Shown here: piece by piece, positions 38,401 through 46,823 of the stretch
Layout: each line of letters opens with the position of its first letter
Position numbering within the stretch: position 1 is the first letter of the stretch
IMG/VR virus record: IMGVR_UViG_3300028886_000004
Coordinates: 70,992 to 134,991 of that record
DNA length: 64,000 nt
Strand: one strand, 5' to 3'
Source of the DNA: a virus
Taxonomy: Duplodnaviria; Caudoviricetes
Translations under genes and position numbers: made by a program
The notes under the pieces: generated by a model
Told to the model about the DNA's origin: nothing
What the model saw: the letters and a program-made list of their open reading frames with translations, nothing else
The model's database searches: none

Positions 38401-38581
38401 GCGTGTGGTCCAATAGGGTGAGCCCCGGTTGCAAACTCGGCAGCGCCTGAACGCGGTCTTGGACTCAAATGATCGGATTATTGCAATTAGTCCGATGCTG
38501 TAGTAGGGTCGGTAAAAGAATTCGAAGCTTGTAGTAGGATGTTCCCGCCCCGAGGCTACCGGTTCGACTCCGGCGCACGCG
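38401..38581 (+). ncRNA. tRNA-like RNA with ~110-nt insert
   Basis: GCGTGTG/CGCACGC acceptor, CCGG-TTCGACT-CCGG T arm, two TTGCAA(A/T) loops. Confidence 0.6.
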
Positions 38582-38600
38582 ATAATTTAAAAGGATTGAT

Positions 38601-38852
38601 ATGAAGTTTCACGGCGGAAACCAATTACTGGAAAAACACAGCGGCTGGTTCACCATTTTCGAATTGTGGTTTGGCAGGCGCGTTATCTCCCTCAACTTTT
38701 ATCCGCAGCATCTCTTTCACTTTCAATGCGACACCAACGGCGCCGTGAAGGGGAAGGACAACTGCCTGGATGTGAATCTTCATATTCTTGGCTTTTTCTT
38801 TGGATACACCGATTACGGCTACTCCCGCTATAAGAAGGAGGACTCAAAGTGA
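38601..38852 (+). CDS. hypothetical protein
   Basis: AAGGA RBS. Confidence 0.6.
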   Translation: MKFHGGNQLLEKHSGWFTIFELWFGRRVISLNFYPQHLFHFQCDTNGAVKGKDNCLDVNLHILGFFFGYTDYGYSRYKKEDSK

Positions 38853-39049
38853 TTGTCCATTTTGACAAGGACAAGCGCAATGATTTGGTTTTTACGATTT
38901 CTGTGGATGAAAACAATCACATCGAAATTATCATAGACCAGCAGCGCCCGCCGTGTGGCGACTTTAATCAGGTCGGCCACTACTCCGTTCCCGTCCCCGA
39001 AGAGCCTGCCGAAATTTTCACTATCAAACAACAAGAGGAATCGACATGA
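38849..39049 (+). CDS. hypothetical protein
   Basis: GTGA overlap, AGGAGG RBS. Confidence 0.6.
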   Translation: MIVHFDKDKRNDLVFTISVDENNHIEIIIDQQRPPCGDFNQVGHYSVPVPEEPAEIFTIKQQEEST

Positions 39050-39432
39050 AACCTATGGTAGAAACGAAACACGACCTGCTCACCTCCAATTACACGCAGG
39101 TATTCGAAGAAGCCAATCCGCAGACCTATGCACCGAGCACTTTTGAAGTGACCCGCAAGCTGCCCCCGAACACGGAATTCAACCCGGAAACCGACCTGCT
39201 CGCCAAGGTCCATTTCCAAGAAGGTCCGATCAAGGAGCAGGGCGTCAACGGCATCAACAACGAAGATGCCATTGTGATGGTGATCCGCCGCCTTCAGGGT
39301 TTCCAAGACAGCCCGTTCTCCTGCCGTGAAAACGCTATGGCCATCACCAAGCTCGAAGAAGCATTGATGTGGCTGCGCAAGCGCACAATCGGCCGCGAAA
39401 AGCGCGAAGTTGTGGGAACCAGCTCCGTATAA
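39046..39432 (+). CDS. Tad1/Acb2-like nucleotide-signal sponge
   Basis: FQEGP..GVNG..RL.GFQ.SPFSCRENA.AITKLEEALMWL.KR...R.V.GT matches the Tad1 family pattern. Confidence 0.8.
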   Translation: MKPMVETKHDLLTSNYTQVFEEANPQTYAPSTFEVTRKLPPNTEFNPETDLLAKVHFQEGPIKEQGVNGINNEDAIVMVIRRLQGFQDSPFSCRENAMAITKLEEALMWLRKRTIGREKREVVGTSSV

Positions 39433-39438
39433 TCTAAT

Positions 39439-39555
39439 GCGGCCGTAGCCTAGTGGTAAGGTAGCCCGGCGGCGAATGGAAGCGCCGCGAGCGGGTCCCG
39501 TTCCCACTTCCATAATGGGGCGGCTTTGACGCTGGCTCAAGACCAGCCGGCCGTA
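39439..39555 (+). ncRNA. tRNA-like RNA with extended anticodon arm and kissing variable arm
   Basis: Intact acceptor, D and T arms; TATAAT 5 nt upstream. Confidence 0.75.
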
Positions 39556-39586
39556 ATAACAAATTCAAAAATCAAGAGGTAAATCA

Positions 39587-39985
39587 ATGAGTGAATCTAA
39601 CATGAATGCAAAGACCGAAGCAGCCGAAAACAAGAGCGTGCCTGCTGATGAATCCCAGCGCCCGATCGCGCCGGAAGAAGACAAGCGCCGTCTCCGTGCT
39701 ATGCGTGGTCCCAAGTGCATCCCGGATGTTCTTCGCCAGGTTCTCGGCGAAGCTACCAAGGACCACGTAGACACCCCGAGCGAAAAGCTCGTGAAGGTTG
39801 CCAAGGAACGCGACATTCTGTTTGACATGATCAATCACTGGAAGGAAAACCTTGACGAAGCGGTTGGCCGCGAAGGCGCCGACAAGAACGAAGATGCGGA
39901 TTTCATTCGCGAATACATCGCAGCCCTTACCGCTGCGAAGGACGTTCTCACGCGCCGCATCACGGCTCTCCTTGCCCAGTCCTAA
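39587..39985 (+). CDS. hypothetical protein
   Basis: GAGG RBS. Confidence 0.7.
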   Translation: MSESNMNAKTEAAENKSVPADESQRPIAPEEDKRRLRAMRGPKCIPDVLRQVLGEATKDHVDTPSEKLVKVAKERDILFDMINHWKENLDEAVGREGADKNEDADFIREYIAALTAAKDVLTRRITALLAQS

Positions 39986-39991
39986 TGAGTT

Positions 39992-40093
39992 TGTCCCCGC
40001 GAGGGGTAGCCGCTGATCCCGGCGCCCGATTCGCCCTGCAAGAGCTAGCGTTGCCAAAAACCGGACATAAAGGTGGAAGTCCGGGCGGGGACA
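39992..40093 (+). ncRNA. candidate structured RNA
   Basis: TGTCCCCGC/GCGGGGACA closing stem stacked on CCGGAC/GTCCGG hairpin. Confidence 0.4.
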
Positions 40094-40109
40094 TTTCGTT
40101 TTGGGTTTC

Positions 40110-40229
40110 GGGGACGTGATCTAATTGGTAGCGACCCCGTCAAGGGACGAAAGATAGTTGGTTAATCGCCAACGGTAGCCGCAAGGCTGCGAGCGGCGGG
40201 GAGTGTAGGTTCGAAGCCTGCCGATCCCG
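40110..40229 (+). ncRNA. tRNA-like RNA with branched insert at anticodon position
   Basis: GGGGACG/CGATCCC acceptor (stem extends to 16 bp), AATTGGTA D-loop, CCCCGTC/GGCGGGG, GTAGG-TTCGAAG-CCTGC. Confidence 0.65.
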
Positions 40230-40242
40230 GAATCCAATCATT

Positions 40243-40272
40243 TAAAGGCGCCCCACAAGGGCGCCTTTATTT
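40243..40272 (+). terminator. intrinsic terminator followed by -10 box for queE
   Basis: TAAAGGCGCCC-CACAA-GGGCGCCTTTA. Confidence 0.7.
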
Positions 40273-40309
40273 CCGTATATTTTTCATATCTTAACCGGAA
40301 AGGATAAAA

Positions 40310-41029
40310 ATGTCCAAACTCAAAATTATCAACATCTTCAGGTCCATTGATGGCGAAGCCTACCACGCAGGCCGCCCTACCATTTTCCTCCGCACCTATG
40401 GCTGCAATTTGCGTTGCGCTTATCCGTGCGATACGCCGGAAAGCTGGAACCCTTCAGCCTACTCCCGCCTCTACAATCGCCCGCTCCTTGAATTGGAACC
40501 GGAAGAGGCATTCTTTGAAATCTCCAAGCTCTCGGGGAACTTTATCCGCCACGTGACCATTACCGGCGGCGAACCGCTCCTCCCCGAAAATGTCCCTTGG
40601 ATGAAGATCCTTTCGAATATGCTTCTCGGGGCAGGCTATGCGATTGACTTTGAAACCAACGGCGCCGTGCCTCTTGCCGAGATGGCCGCTTGGCGTGCCT
40701 CCTTGGCGGATGGCGCCAGCATTGTTCATTTCATTATGGACTGGAAGTGCTCCAGCTCGAAAATGCTGGACAAGATGATTCCGGCCAACCTCGATGTCCT
40801 CCGCTCTTGGGACGTTGTGAAGTGCGTCGTGGCGGATGACGATTTCGAGGACGTGGTAAATGTCCGTGCCCGCCTGAATCCTTACATTCCCATCTACATT
40901 AGCCCGAGCTTCGGCAAGGTGACTATGAGCCATATCCCGGACTTCGTCATTCGTCACCCTCAGGACAACTATTGCTGCCAGCTTCAGCAGCACAAGTATT
41001 TTTGGGATCCAACCACAAAGGACGTTTAA
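40310..41029 (+). CDS. queE: 7-carboxy-7-deazaguanine synthase (radical SAM)
   Basis: IFRSIDGEA, FLRTYGCNLRC...CDT, ITGGEPL, ETNG, QQHK. Confidence 0.92.
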   Translation: MSKLKIINIFRSIDGEAYHAGRPTIFLRTYGCNLRCAYPCDTPESWNPSAYSRLYNRPLLELEPEEAFFEISKLSGNFIRHVTITGGEPLLPENVPWMKILSNMLLGAGYAIDFETNGAVPLAEMAAWRASLADGASIVHFIMDWKCSSSKMLDKMIPANLDVLRSWDVVKCVVADDDFEDVVNVRARLNPYIPIYISPSFGKVTMSHIPDFVIRHPQDNYCCQLQQHKYFWDPTTKDV

Positions 41030-41030
41030 G

Positions 41031-41471
41031 ATGCAATTACCTAAATTCTTTTCCCTCAAGGAAATGACAACCACCTCCCAAAACCTCCCCAACCATCCGG
41101 AGACGTGGGAGGAATTTTCAGCCTTGCGCGATACGGCGCTCTTGTTGGATGCGCTCCGCGAGAAGTTCGGCAAAGGCATCCGTGTTACTTCCGGCTATCG
41201 TTCCGCCGCCGTAAACGCTGCCGTAGGCGGCAGCAAGACCAGCGCCCATCGTAAAGGTATGGCCGCAGACATCAAGCCTTCCAAGAACACGAAAAAGAGT
41301 ATGCTGGAACTCGCCACCCTTTGCCGCAAGTGGGTCTCCACCCTTTCGAGCCCGGTTGATCAGGTGATTATCTACACCCCGACCGGGAAGGATACCGAGG
41401 ACATCAAGTGGATTCACATTGGTTTCTCCGATAAGCCGCGTCACCAGCTTCTCTTCAAAAAAAGCGTATAA
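41031..41471 (+). CDS. peptidase M15A (endolysin-like)
   Basis: TSGYRS..VN.AVGG..TSAH..G.AADI, WIHI. Confidence 0.9.
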   Translation: MQLPKFFSLKEMTTTSQNLPNHPETWEEFSALRDTALLLDALREKFGKGIRVTSGYRSAAVNAAVGGSKTSAHRKGMAADIKPSKNTKKSMLELATLCRKWVSTLSSPVDQVIIYTPTGKDTEDIKWIHIGFSDKPRHQLLFKKSV

Positions 41472-41505
41472 AACCGCATAACCTTCAATAAAAAGGAAAA
41501 TTCAA

Positions 41506-41958
41506 ATGCACATTGAAACTCTCGGCAGCCTGACCGGCTATCAGGCATTCACGAAGAAGGAAGACCTCCTCGTCTACGAAAAGCTTACCTTCACCATCAA
41601 GGAAGAAGGTCAGCCGACCCTTTGGAATCATTTTGGCAAGGTTCCCAAGACCGATGATGCCTGGTCCGCAAAGCTCCCGCAAGACAGCGAATGCACCATC
41701 ACGTTTGATGGACTCCCCGTGAAGGGCATCCTCTCCGAAGTGTCCGCCTCCTGCAAGGTTTGCGATGGCGGCGCCACCACGACCTATCGTTTTGCCTTGA
41801 CGCGCCAGCTGGACAAGGAAACCGTCAACGCGCTCATCCATCCGTATTTCAATGCCCGTGAGGAACAGGACGTTGAAAAGCCGAAGACGCAGTGGTCCAA
41901 GGGCGGAGTGACTACCAAGATTGTCCCGATCACCTACGCATTTGCTTTGGACATTTAA
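41506..41958 (+). CDS. hypothetical protein
   Basis: AAGGA RBS. Confidence 0.7.
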   Translation: MHIETLGSLTGYQAFTKKEDLLVYEKLTFTIKEEGQPTLWNHFGKVPKTDDAWSAKLPQDSECTITFDGLPVKGILSEVSASCKVCDGGATTTYRFALTRQLDKETVNALIHPYFNAREEQDVEKPKTQWSKGGVTTKIVPITYAFALDI

Positions 41959-42869
41959 TGGATACCGCTAGGCTGCTCGATGAGTTAAGGATTCCCTATA
42001 CAACCGAGGGAAAGAATGCGACCAGGAACGGCTTGTCCGTTCGCTGCCCTTTCTGTGACGACCCGAGCAACCACGGCAGCTTCCATAAATACTCATTACA
42101 TTACCGTTGCTGGCGCTGTAAAGGCGGAAAAGGCATTGATGCGCTGAAAGCCTTATCCGGCGCAAATGACGCCGTTATAGCGCAGGCTATGCGCAATTGC
42201 GGCGGCCCTGCCATCATCAGGGAGGAGGCACCTAAATATGCCGACACCTTGACATTGCCGGGACGCGCCCTTTTGCCATATCATCGCAATTACCTCCTGA
42301 AACGCGGGCTGGATCCGGACTATATCGTTCAGCGATATGGCATCCTCGGGACCAGCCCGTTTGATAAGTTTGAGGGACTGAATTATGGAAATCGCATAAT
42401 CATTCCCATTTATGACTTGGATGGAAATTTGGTATCCTTCCAAGGCCGCGACGTAACCGGGGTCGATGGCATCGAGCGCTATAAGGTGTGCCCCATCAAA
42501 AAGGCGCTGATGCATTACAAGGACACGGTTTACGCGGGGCACCTTGCTACCGGGGACAAGGTCGTTGTCCTTGAAGGCGTTGTGGACGTGTGGAAATTTG
42601 GTCCCGGCGCGGTGGCAACTTTTGGCACCGGTTGCAAAAAATCGCAAATCTTGGCACTTACCAACTGGCGCGAGGTGATATTCTTCTTCGATCCGGAAAA
42701 GGATGCACAGAACAAGGCACGCGAATACGCCGAGGAATTGGCATTGATGGGAGTACGCGTGTCCGTCGCGTACGAGGATTTCGGAACAAAGCCGAACGGA
42801 AAGAAGCGTGATGTCGGCGATCTCGAGCCCCACGAAATTGCCCGCATAAGGAGTGAACTCGGCGTATGA
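41958..42869 (+). CDS. DNA primase (Zn finger + TOPRIM)
   Basis: CPFC..H..CWRC, RIIIPI, FQGR, LEGVVD, FDPE, DVGD; start moved to TAATG overlap. Confidence 0.88.
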   Translation: MDTARLLDELRIPYTTEGKNATRNGLSVRCPFCDDPSNHGSFHKYSLHYRCWRCKGGKGIDALKALSGANDAVIAQAMRNCGGPAIIREEAPKYADTLTLPGRALLPYHRNYLLKRGLDPDYIVQRYGILGTSPFDKFEGLNYGNRIIIPIYDLDGNLVSFQGRDVTGVDGIERYKVCPIKKALMHYKDTVYAGHLATGDKVVVLEGVVDVWKFGPGAVATFGTGCKKSQILALTNWREVIFFFDPEKDAQNKAREYAEELALMGVRVSVAYEDFGTKPNGKKRDVGDLEPHEIARIRSELGV

Positions 42870-43036
42870 CAGCGGAAGATATGACAAAGAAATTAAACAT
42901 GATGCCCCACGGGACAACCATGTATATCTATTACAACCACGAGTTCCTCCCAATTGATTGTATCCGCTACAATAAGGAAGATGAGGAGGCCGTTATCCTC
43001 CCAATAAAGGACTTTCCGCCCGACCCCAAAAAATAG
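42866..43036 (+). CDS. small hypothetical protein
   Basis: ATGA overlap, 56 aa (not in ORF track). Confidence 0.45.
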   Translation: MTAEDMTKKLNMMPHGTTMYIYYNHEFLPIDCIRYNKEDEEAVILPIKDFPPDPKK

Positions 43037-43048
43037 TATATTGATTGT

Positions 43049-43897
43049 ATGACCGTTGAAAAGCCTAGCATAAGACACGCGTTCTCAATCGACTGGCACA
43101 CCCAACGCTGGGGCCGCGGAAAAATGGCGCCGGCGCCTGAGTACGTGGTTGTCCATTTCACCGGGTCCGGAGGCAAAGGCGGATCCGCCCTCGGCGTGTA
43201 CAAGGATTGGGCGGCCCGCGAAAAGAAAACGCGCTGCAATGCCCATTACATCATCGACGCGACCGGAATCTATGAAGGCGTCGATCCGAAGAAATACGGC
43301 TGCCTTGCCGCCACCGGTTCCAAGCCGAGCGAGGAGCACATTAGTTTCTTCCCCGATAGCCCGCTCTCCTGCAGTCACGCAGGCGTCGCAGGCAACTATA
43401 ACACCATCAACATTGAAACATGTTCCGCAAAGCGTACCCCGGTAAGCCGCCGGAGAAACGCCTATATGGACAACGATTTTTATTTCCCCGATGCCACCTA
43501 TAAAAATCTTGTGGCGCTTGTCGCGTGGCTGCTGGACGAGTTTAGCATTCCGCTGACCAACCTGATTATGCATCATCAAATCACGGGGAAGCTTTGCCCT
43601 GCAATGTGGTGCAATAGCAAGGATGCTATCAACCAATGGAATTTGTTTAAGAGCGATGTGGCTCAGGTTTTGAACAAGGCGCCCACGGCGGATGACTTGC
43701 CCGCGCCAACCGGCGCCAGCTCCGAAAGCGGCGGGACCGAAGGAACCATCAGTGTGAAAAAGGGGACCCCGTATTATATGGATGCCGAAGGCACCGTGAT
43801 GCTTGGCTACATATCATCGGACAAGTCCTTGAAGTATACCGCCGTAAAGGGCGATATGTATTATACCAATGAAGGATATGTGAAAGGAGGCGAATAA
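43049..43897 (+). CDS. N-acetylmuramoyl-L-alanine amidase (Amidase_2)
   Basis: VVVHFTG, AHYII, INIE, HHQITGKLCP. Confidence 0.85.
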   Translation: MTVEKPSIRHAFSIDWHTQRWGRGKMAPAPEYVVVHFTGSGGKGGSALGVYKDWAAREKKTRCNAHYIIDATGIYEGVDPKKYGCLAATGSKPSEEHISFFPDSPLSCSHAGVAGNYNTINIETCSAKRTPVSRRRNAYMDNDFYFPDATYKNLVALVAWLLDEFSIPLTNLIMHHQITGKLCPAMWCNSKDAINQWNLFKSDVAQVLNKAPTADDLPAPTGASSESGGTEGTISVKKGTPYYMDAEGTVMLGYISSDKSLKYTAVKGDMYYTNEGYVKGGE

Positions 43898-44355
43898 TGG
43901 AAGCCAATGAAAGTATGCAAATCAATGAAGGCGTAACGTCGCGCATGACCCTTGGCGGCCTGCTTAACAACTACACCAAGCTCTATGGCTCCAATGTCGG
44001 CGGCACAATTGTCAAGTCCGAGGCAACAGAGGACAAGGACAAGACCGCGAAAACCTTCACGGCCACGGTCCGCTCCCAATCGGGCGGGGTCCATCCGGTA
44101 ACAATCAAGCTCGGCAAGGATCGAAACGGCGCCTATACCCTTTCCAGCCCTTGCAAGGTGGATTGCAACTGCGCGACCTACGTTTTCCGCAACAACGAGC
44201 CCCTTTTCAAGATGGGCGCCTCCTTGTATACCCGCTTCACCAAGAAGCCTTCCAAGACCGGGCGCAAGGCAAACCCCGAAAACATCGTTACCTGCTGTAA
44301 GCACATTTACAACTACGTTTCGTTCCTCATGCGCCGTGGAGATATGCATAGATGA
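43897..44355 (+). CDS. SWIM-like Zn finger protein
   Basis: VDCNC...CKHI. Confidence 0.6.
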   Translation: MEANESMQINEGVTSRMTLGGLLNNYTKLYGSNVGGTIVKSEATEDKDKTAKTFTATVRSQSGGVHPVTIKLGKDRNGAYTLSSPCKVDCNCATYVFRNNEPLFKMGASLYTRFTKKPSKTGRKANPENIVTCCKHIYNYVSFLMRRGDMHR

Positions 44356-46757
44356 GTTTCTTAGGCGGCCTTTTCAGTTCGAATACCCCGGATGAGCGCT
44401 TCGTCGATGACCAGGCGGCTCAGGAGGACTACCGCGATAACAAATATGTCGGGCACGTTATTGATCAGGCGTGCACGGTTTATGATACTATGTTTTTCGC
44501 CCTGGAGTATGCAATCAAGGGGCGTGCCAATGTCATTGAGCAGCTCGACAAGGTTATCGACAAGCTGAAAAAGCAGTGCGACAAGATCGTTGAAAAATAC
44601 AAGGAAATTCTGTCCAAGCTGACGGATGTGAATGCAGGCGTGGATCTTAGCCTTTCGTTTGATATTGCGAAGGACGCCCTTGCGATATTGAATGCAAACC
44701 CCGTCTTGCGCCGCTATGTAGGCGAGGCAAACTACTGGATGCTTTGGGATATGCTGGCGGTTTTGGCAGGCCAAGGCGTGACGGCAGGCGCCGACATCTC
44801 CTCCAACATCAAGAACGCAATCAAGGGGACAATCTATGCATTGCTTTCTATGACGAATGGAATGATGCATTTCGAGGCCTACATAGCGCAGGTCACGCAG
44901 TTTTGGGGCTGGCTCTATATGAAGGAGATTTGGCTCCCGCTGACCGATAGCATTTGCCCACAGGTGACCTGCCAATACTACTACAAGAAACCGCTGCCGG
45001 ACAACCCGATCCCCGGACCCGCCAACTATGCGCCGATGCCGGTCCCTATATTCGATCAGGTGAAATACTCTTGGCCGTATATCCTGAGCCACTTCAGCTA
45101 CGACGATCCAACCACTTGGGATGTGCTCACCCCGGCATCGCGTAACGCTATGAAGAAGGCGTATGCCTATTGGAAGAGCAATTATACCAACGCGATAAGC
45201 GCAAATGACCTGCTTTCCGGCGCCTCCAGCAAATTGACCGGAGGAGCCTTCACGCTTGGCTTTGGCACGCGTAATACCGATTATCCCGGAGGCGCCCCGC
45301 TTAAAATCGGCAGGACCTTCAACCAGCTCGACACGGATGAGAACGTGAGCTTCCCCGTCAAATTGGTTGAAGATGCCTATGCGGAAAAGTTTGCGGAGGT
45401 GGATAAGACTTTCCTTGCACTCGTCGCCGCAATGAATTCCCCGGAGACAACCGCCTTGCGAGATGCCCGCTTATCCGAGGCAGGCTACGAGGATTTCGCC
45501 GGGGATTGGGATTGGGCGCTTGGACGCGCCTGGATGAATATGGAAGAGGAGCGCAGCGCCGCCATCGAGATTTGCAGCAGCGTGGCAGGCTCGTTGCCTG
45601 AATTTGCCAATTATCGTAATGCGCTCGTGGCACTGAGCCGCTTCTATTTTGAAAAGAAGGCTGTCCCATATGTCACCGGGACGATCGAGAACTATTCCCC
45701 GCTGTCCCAGTATCTTCTCACCACCTACAAGGAACTGGCGGAGGATGCATCGCTGGCATCGTTGAAGGACTTTATCGAGGCAAGCGAAAAGAATCAGTCG
45801 GTATTCAACCCTTACCAGCTGTATTCTGACAACCCCGATAATTTCAGTCTTTACTGCTACATCGGACAATATCTTACCTATGTGACCGATGGCAACCCGT
45901 TCTACACGGGCGCCGCCGGGAACATGTCCTTTACGGTTGATGCGGATGGCGAATTGGGCCGCAAGTGTGATGGCGGGCGTGAGCCTTTGTTTGCCGCATT
46001 GGGCATTTATGGCGACTTGAAAGGCTTGTATCCGTGGAATTATGAAATTGTCCCGCTGGATGCCTTCCGTGCCTCGTATACCAAAATCAAGGGGTCCTAC
46101 CACATCTATTACAAGAATGATGACCCTTCGCGCGTCATCTTTGCGGACCATACCATTCAGGCAGGCGCCTTGAAATATATTGCAACCTGCAAGCACGCAA
46201 CCACGGACACAATCTCCCGCGGATCCGAGACGTTTACCGCCTATATCTTCCCGAGCGAAACCTGCTCCGTGTATGAGGTGCCGAACCCCGGGGTAATGTT
46301 TGGCGCCGAATGGCCCAGCCTTGCATCGTTACAGCGCGTGGACGCGGTGAATCCGTCCACCGGGCAGCAATACATGTATGACTTGGCCCGCAACCAAATT
46401 CCCCGCTATCCGAAATTCGTGGATGCGGACAAGTGGTCCGTGATGGATTTGATTCACGAGCTGTGGCTGCTTGCGGATGCGCTGGCGCCTATTTGCGGCG
46501 ATGGCGGCGAGCGCAAGCAAAAGCTGAACGACCTGCTGAACAAATTCGGACTCCACGTCAAGAACGGCTCCGGCAATGGACCGCTGTTTATCGGACAATT
46601 GCCTACCTCGGCAGGTCAGGGCGATATGGCGGGTCAAGGCACGCACGTGGAATTGGAGTTCGATGCTATGAATGCGTTCGCCGGAAAAATCAAGGAAGCG
46701 CTGGACACGGTTTATAAGGTCCGCGACGAGGTTATGGCGGCGACGCAGGCGTGGTAA
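44352..46757 (+). CDS. large hypothetical (probable virion) protein
   Basis: 801 aa ORF in tail-fibre region. Confidence 0.65.
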   Translation: MSFLGGLFSSNTPDERFVDDQAAQEDYRDNKYVGHVIDQACTVYDTMFFALEYAIKGRANVIEQLDKVIDKLKKQCDKIVEKYKEILSKLTDVNAGVDLSLSFDIAKDALAILNANPVLRRYVGEANYWMLWDMLAVLAGQGVTAGADISSNIKNAIKGTIYALLSMTNGMMHFEAYIAQVTQFWGWLYMKEIWLPLTDSICPQVTCQYYYKKPLPDNPIPGPANYAPMPVPIFDQVKYSWPYILSHFSYDDPTTWDVLTPASRNAMKKAYAYWKSNYTNAISANDLLSGASSKLTGGAFTLGFGTRNTDYPGGAPLKIGRTFNQLDTDENVSFPVKLVEDAYAEKFAEVDKTFLALVAAMNSPETTALRDARLSEAGYEDFAGDWDWALGRAWMNMEEERSAAIEICSSVAGSLPEFANYRNALVALSRFYFEKKAVPYVTGTIENYSPLSQYLLTTYKELAEDASLASLKDFIEASEKNQSVFNPYQLYSDNPDNFSLYCYIGQYLTYVTDGNPFYTGAAGNMSFTVDADGELGRKCDGGREPLFAALGIYGDLKGLYPWNYEIVPLDAFRASYTKIKGSYHIYYKNDDPSRVIFADHTIQAGALKYIATCKHATTDTISRGSETFTAYIFPSETCSVYEVPNPGVMFGAEWPSLASLQRVDAVNPSTGQQYMYDLARNQIPRYPKFVDADKWSVMDLIHELWLLADALAPICGDGGERKQKLNDLLNKFGLHVKNGSGNGPLFIGQLPTSAGQGDMAGQGTHVELEFDAMNAFAGKIKEALDTVYKVRDEVMAATQAW

Positions 46758-46823
46758 GAGTGTTCTTTTCTCCGATTATAATGTATTTTTGAATGGTAGA
46801 AACATTATATTCGGAGCGCGTAA

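Noticed and set aside
892-40229. Group I introns interrupting tRNAs as the explanation for the inserts
   Set aside because: Inserts are 50-110 nt, far below a group I core, and removing them does not restore canonical anticodon arms
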